Shown: positions 62,685-64,000 of the stretch, in pieces
How positions within the stretch are numbered: the first letter of the stretch is position 1
How the letters are laid out: every line of letters begins with the position of its first letter
Assembly (NCBI GenBank): GCA_002269645.1
Contig: NIVC01003902.1
Location: 1 to 64,000 of the forward strand
Length of the DNA: 64,000 bases
Source: Macrostomum lignano
Taxonomy: Eukaryota
Reading direction: 5' to 3'
Position numbers and translations under genes: made by a program
Notes under the pieces: model-generated
Seen by the model: only the letters and a program-made list of their open reading frames with translations
Told to the model about the DNA's origin: nothing
The model's database searches: none

Positions 62685-63231
62685 AGGCACTGTATTTAAT
62701 AGAATGTTGGGATCATATCTGCATGATATTTGCGGGGATTGATTTGCATTACATTATGTCTGAATCAGCTGTGAATCGGCTGCGTTTAACAATATTATAT
62801 AGCCTTAGTGTTCAGGGACGACTACTGTAAGTAAGATGTTATGGTTGGGGTCGATATTGACGGGTTTAGCTGGAATTCCACAGTCCCACTCAGAGAACTT
62901 TTAAAAAACCAATAATGAGTTCCTGCGTCATGGAGGCTTGGCAAAATAAGGCAAGTTTTTTTACAATGTTCAAGTTGCTTGCGAATTGAAATCTCTTTTT
63001 CCTTTGACGAATTTCCCCTTGATGTATTCTCTATCGATTGCACGTGACCTGGTGGTGCCTGCTCACCAAACTTGCATGTGAAGGGCGAAAAAATTTGCTT
63101 TCAAGGTATCTGATGACAAAAAAGAGAGTCTTGAAGTTTTCTTTGCGCTGTTTGTTATTTCAGAGACCTGCAGCTCAACTTTCCAGCTGCAGTCACGGCA
63201 TGCTTGTGAAATTTGGCCTGAATTAACCTTA

Positions 63232-64000
<769 letters not shown>

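Overview
Eukaryotic nuclear DNA with short GC-rich spliceosomal exons and introns filled with micro- and minisatellites. The style resembles a free-living flatworm such as Macrostomum, which is an inference. Genes: intronless AP-2 sigma subunit with three indels; two-HMG-box TFAM-like gene; adenosine kinase; two tandem SLC23/NAT transporter paralogs, one with an in-frame TAG; two six-exon tetraspanin paralogs; an NR1J/HR96-type nuclear receptor. Mobile elements: an intact young Ty3/Gypsy (Mag-like) LTR element with identical LTRs; an internally deleted DIRS/Ngaro tyrosine-recombinase retrotransposon; a foldback piggyBac; P-, hAT- and Harbinger-like MITEs; tRNA-derived SINEs; THAP fragments. 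The most unusual observation is at 6.1-9.4 kb. This CpG-poor, TpA-rich block hides a 431-codon minus-strand reading frame (6554-7846) broken by 26 TAG/TAA stops but only one internal TGA, which resembles a RIP-like C-to-T hypermutation footprint in an animal genome. All counts and alignments were done by eye and no database searches were run.
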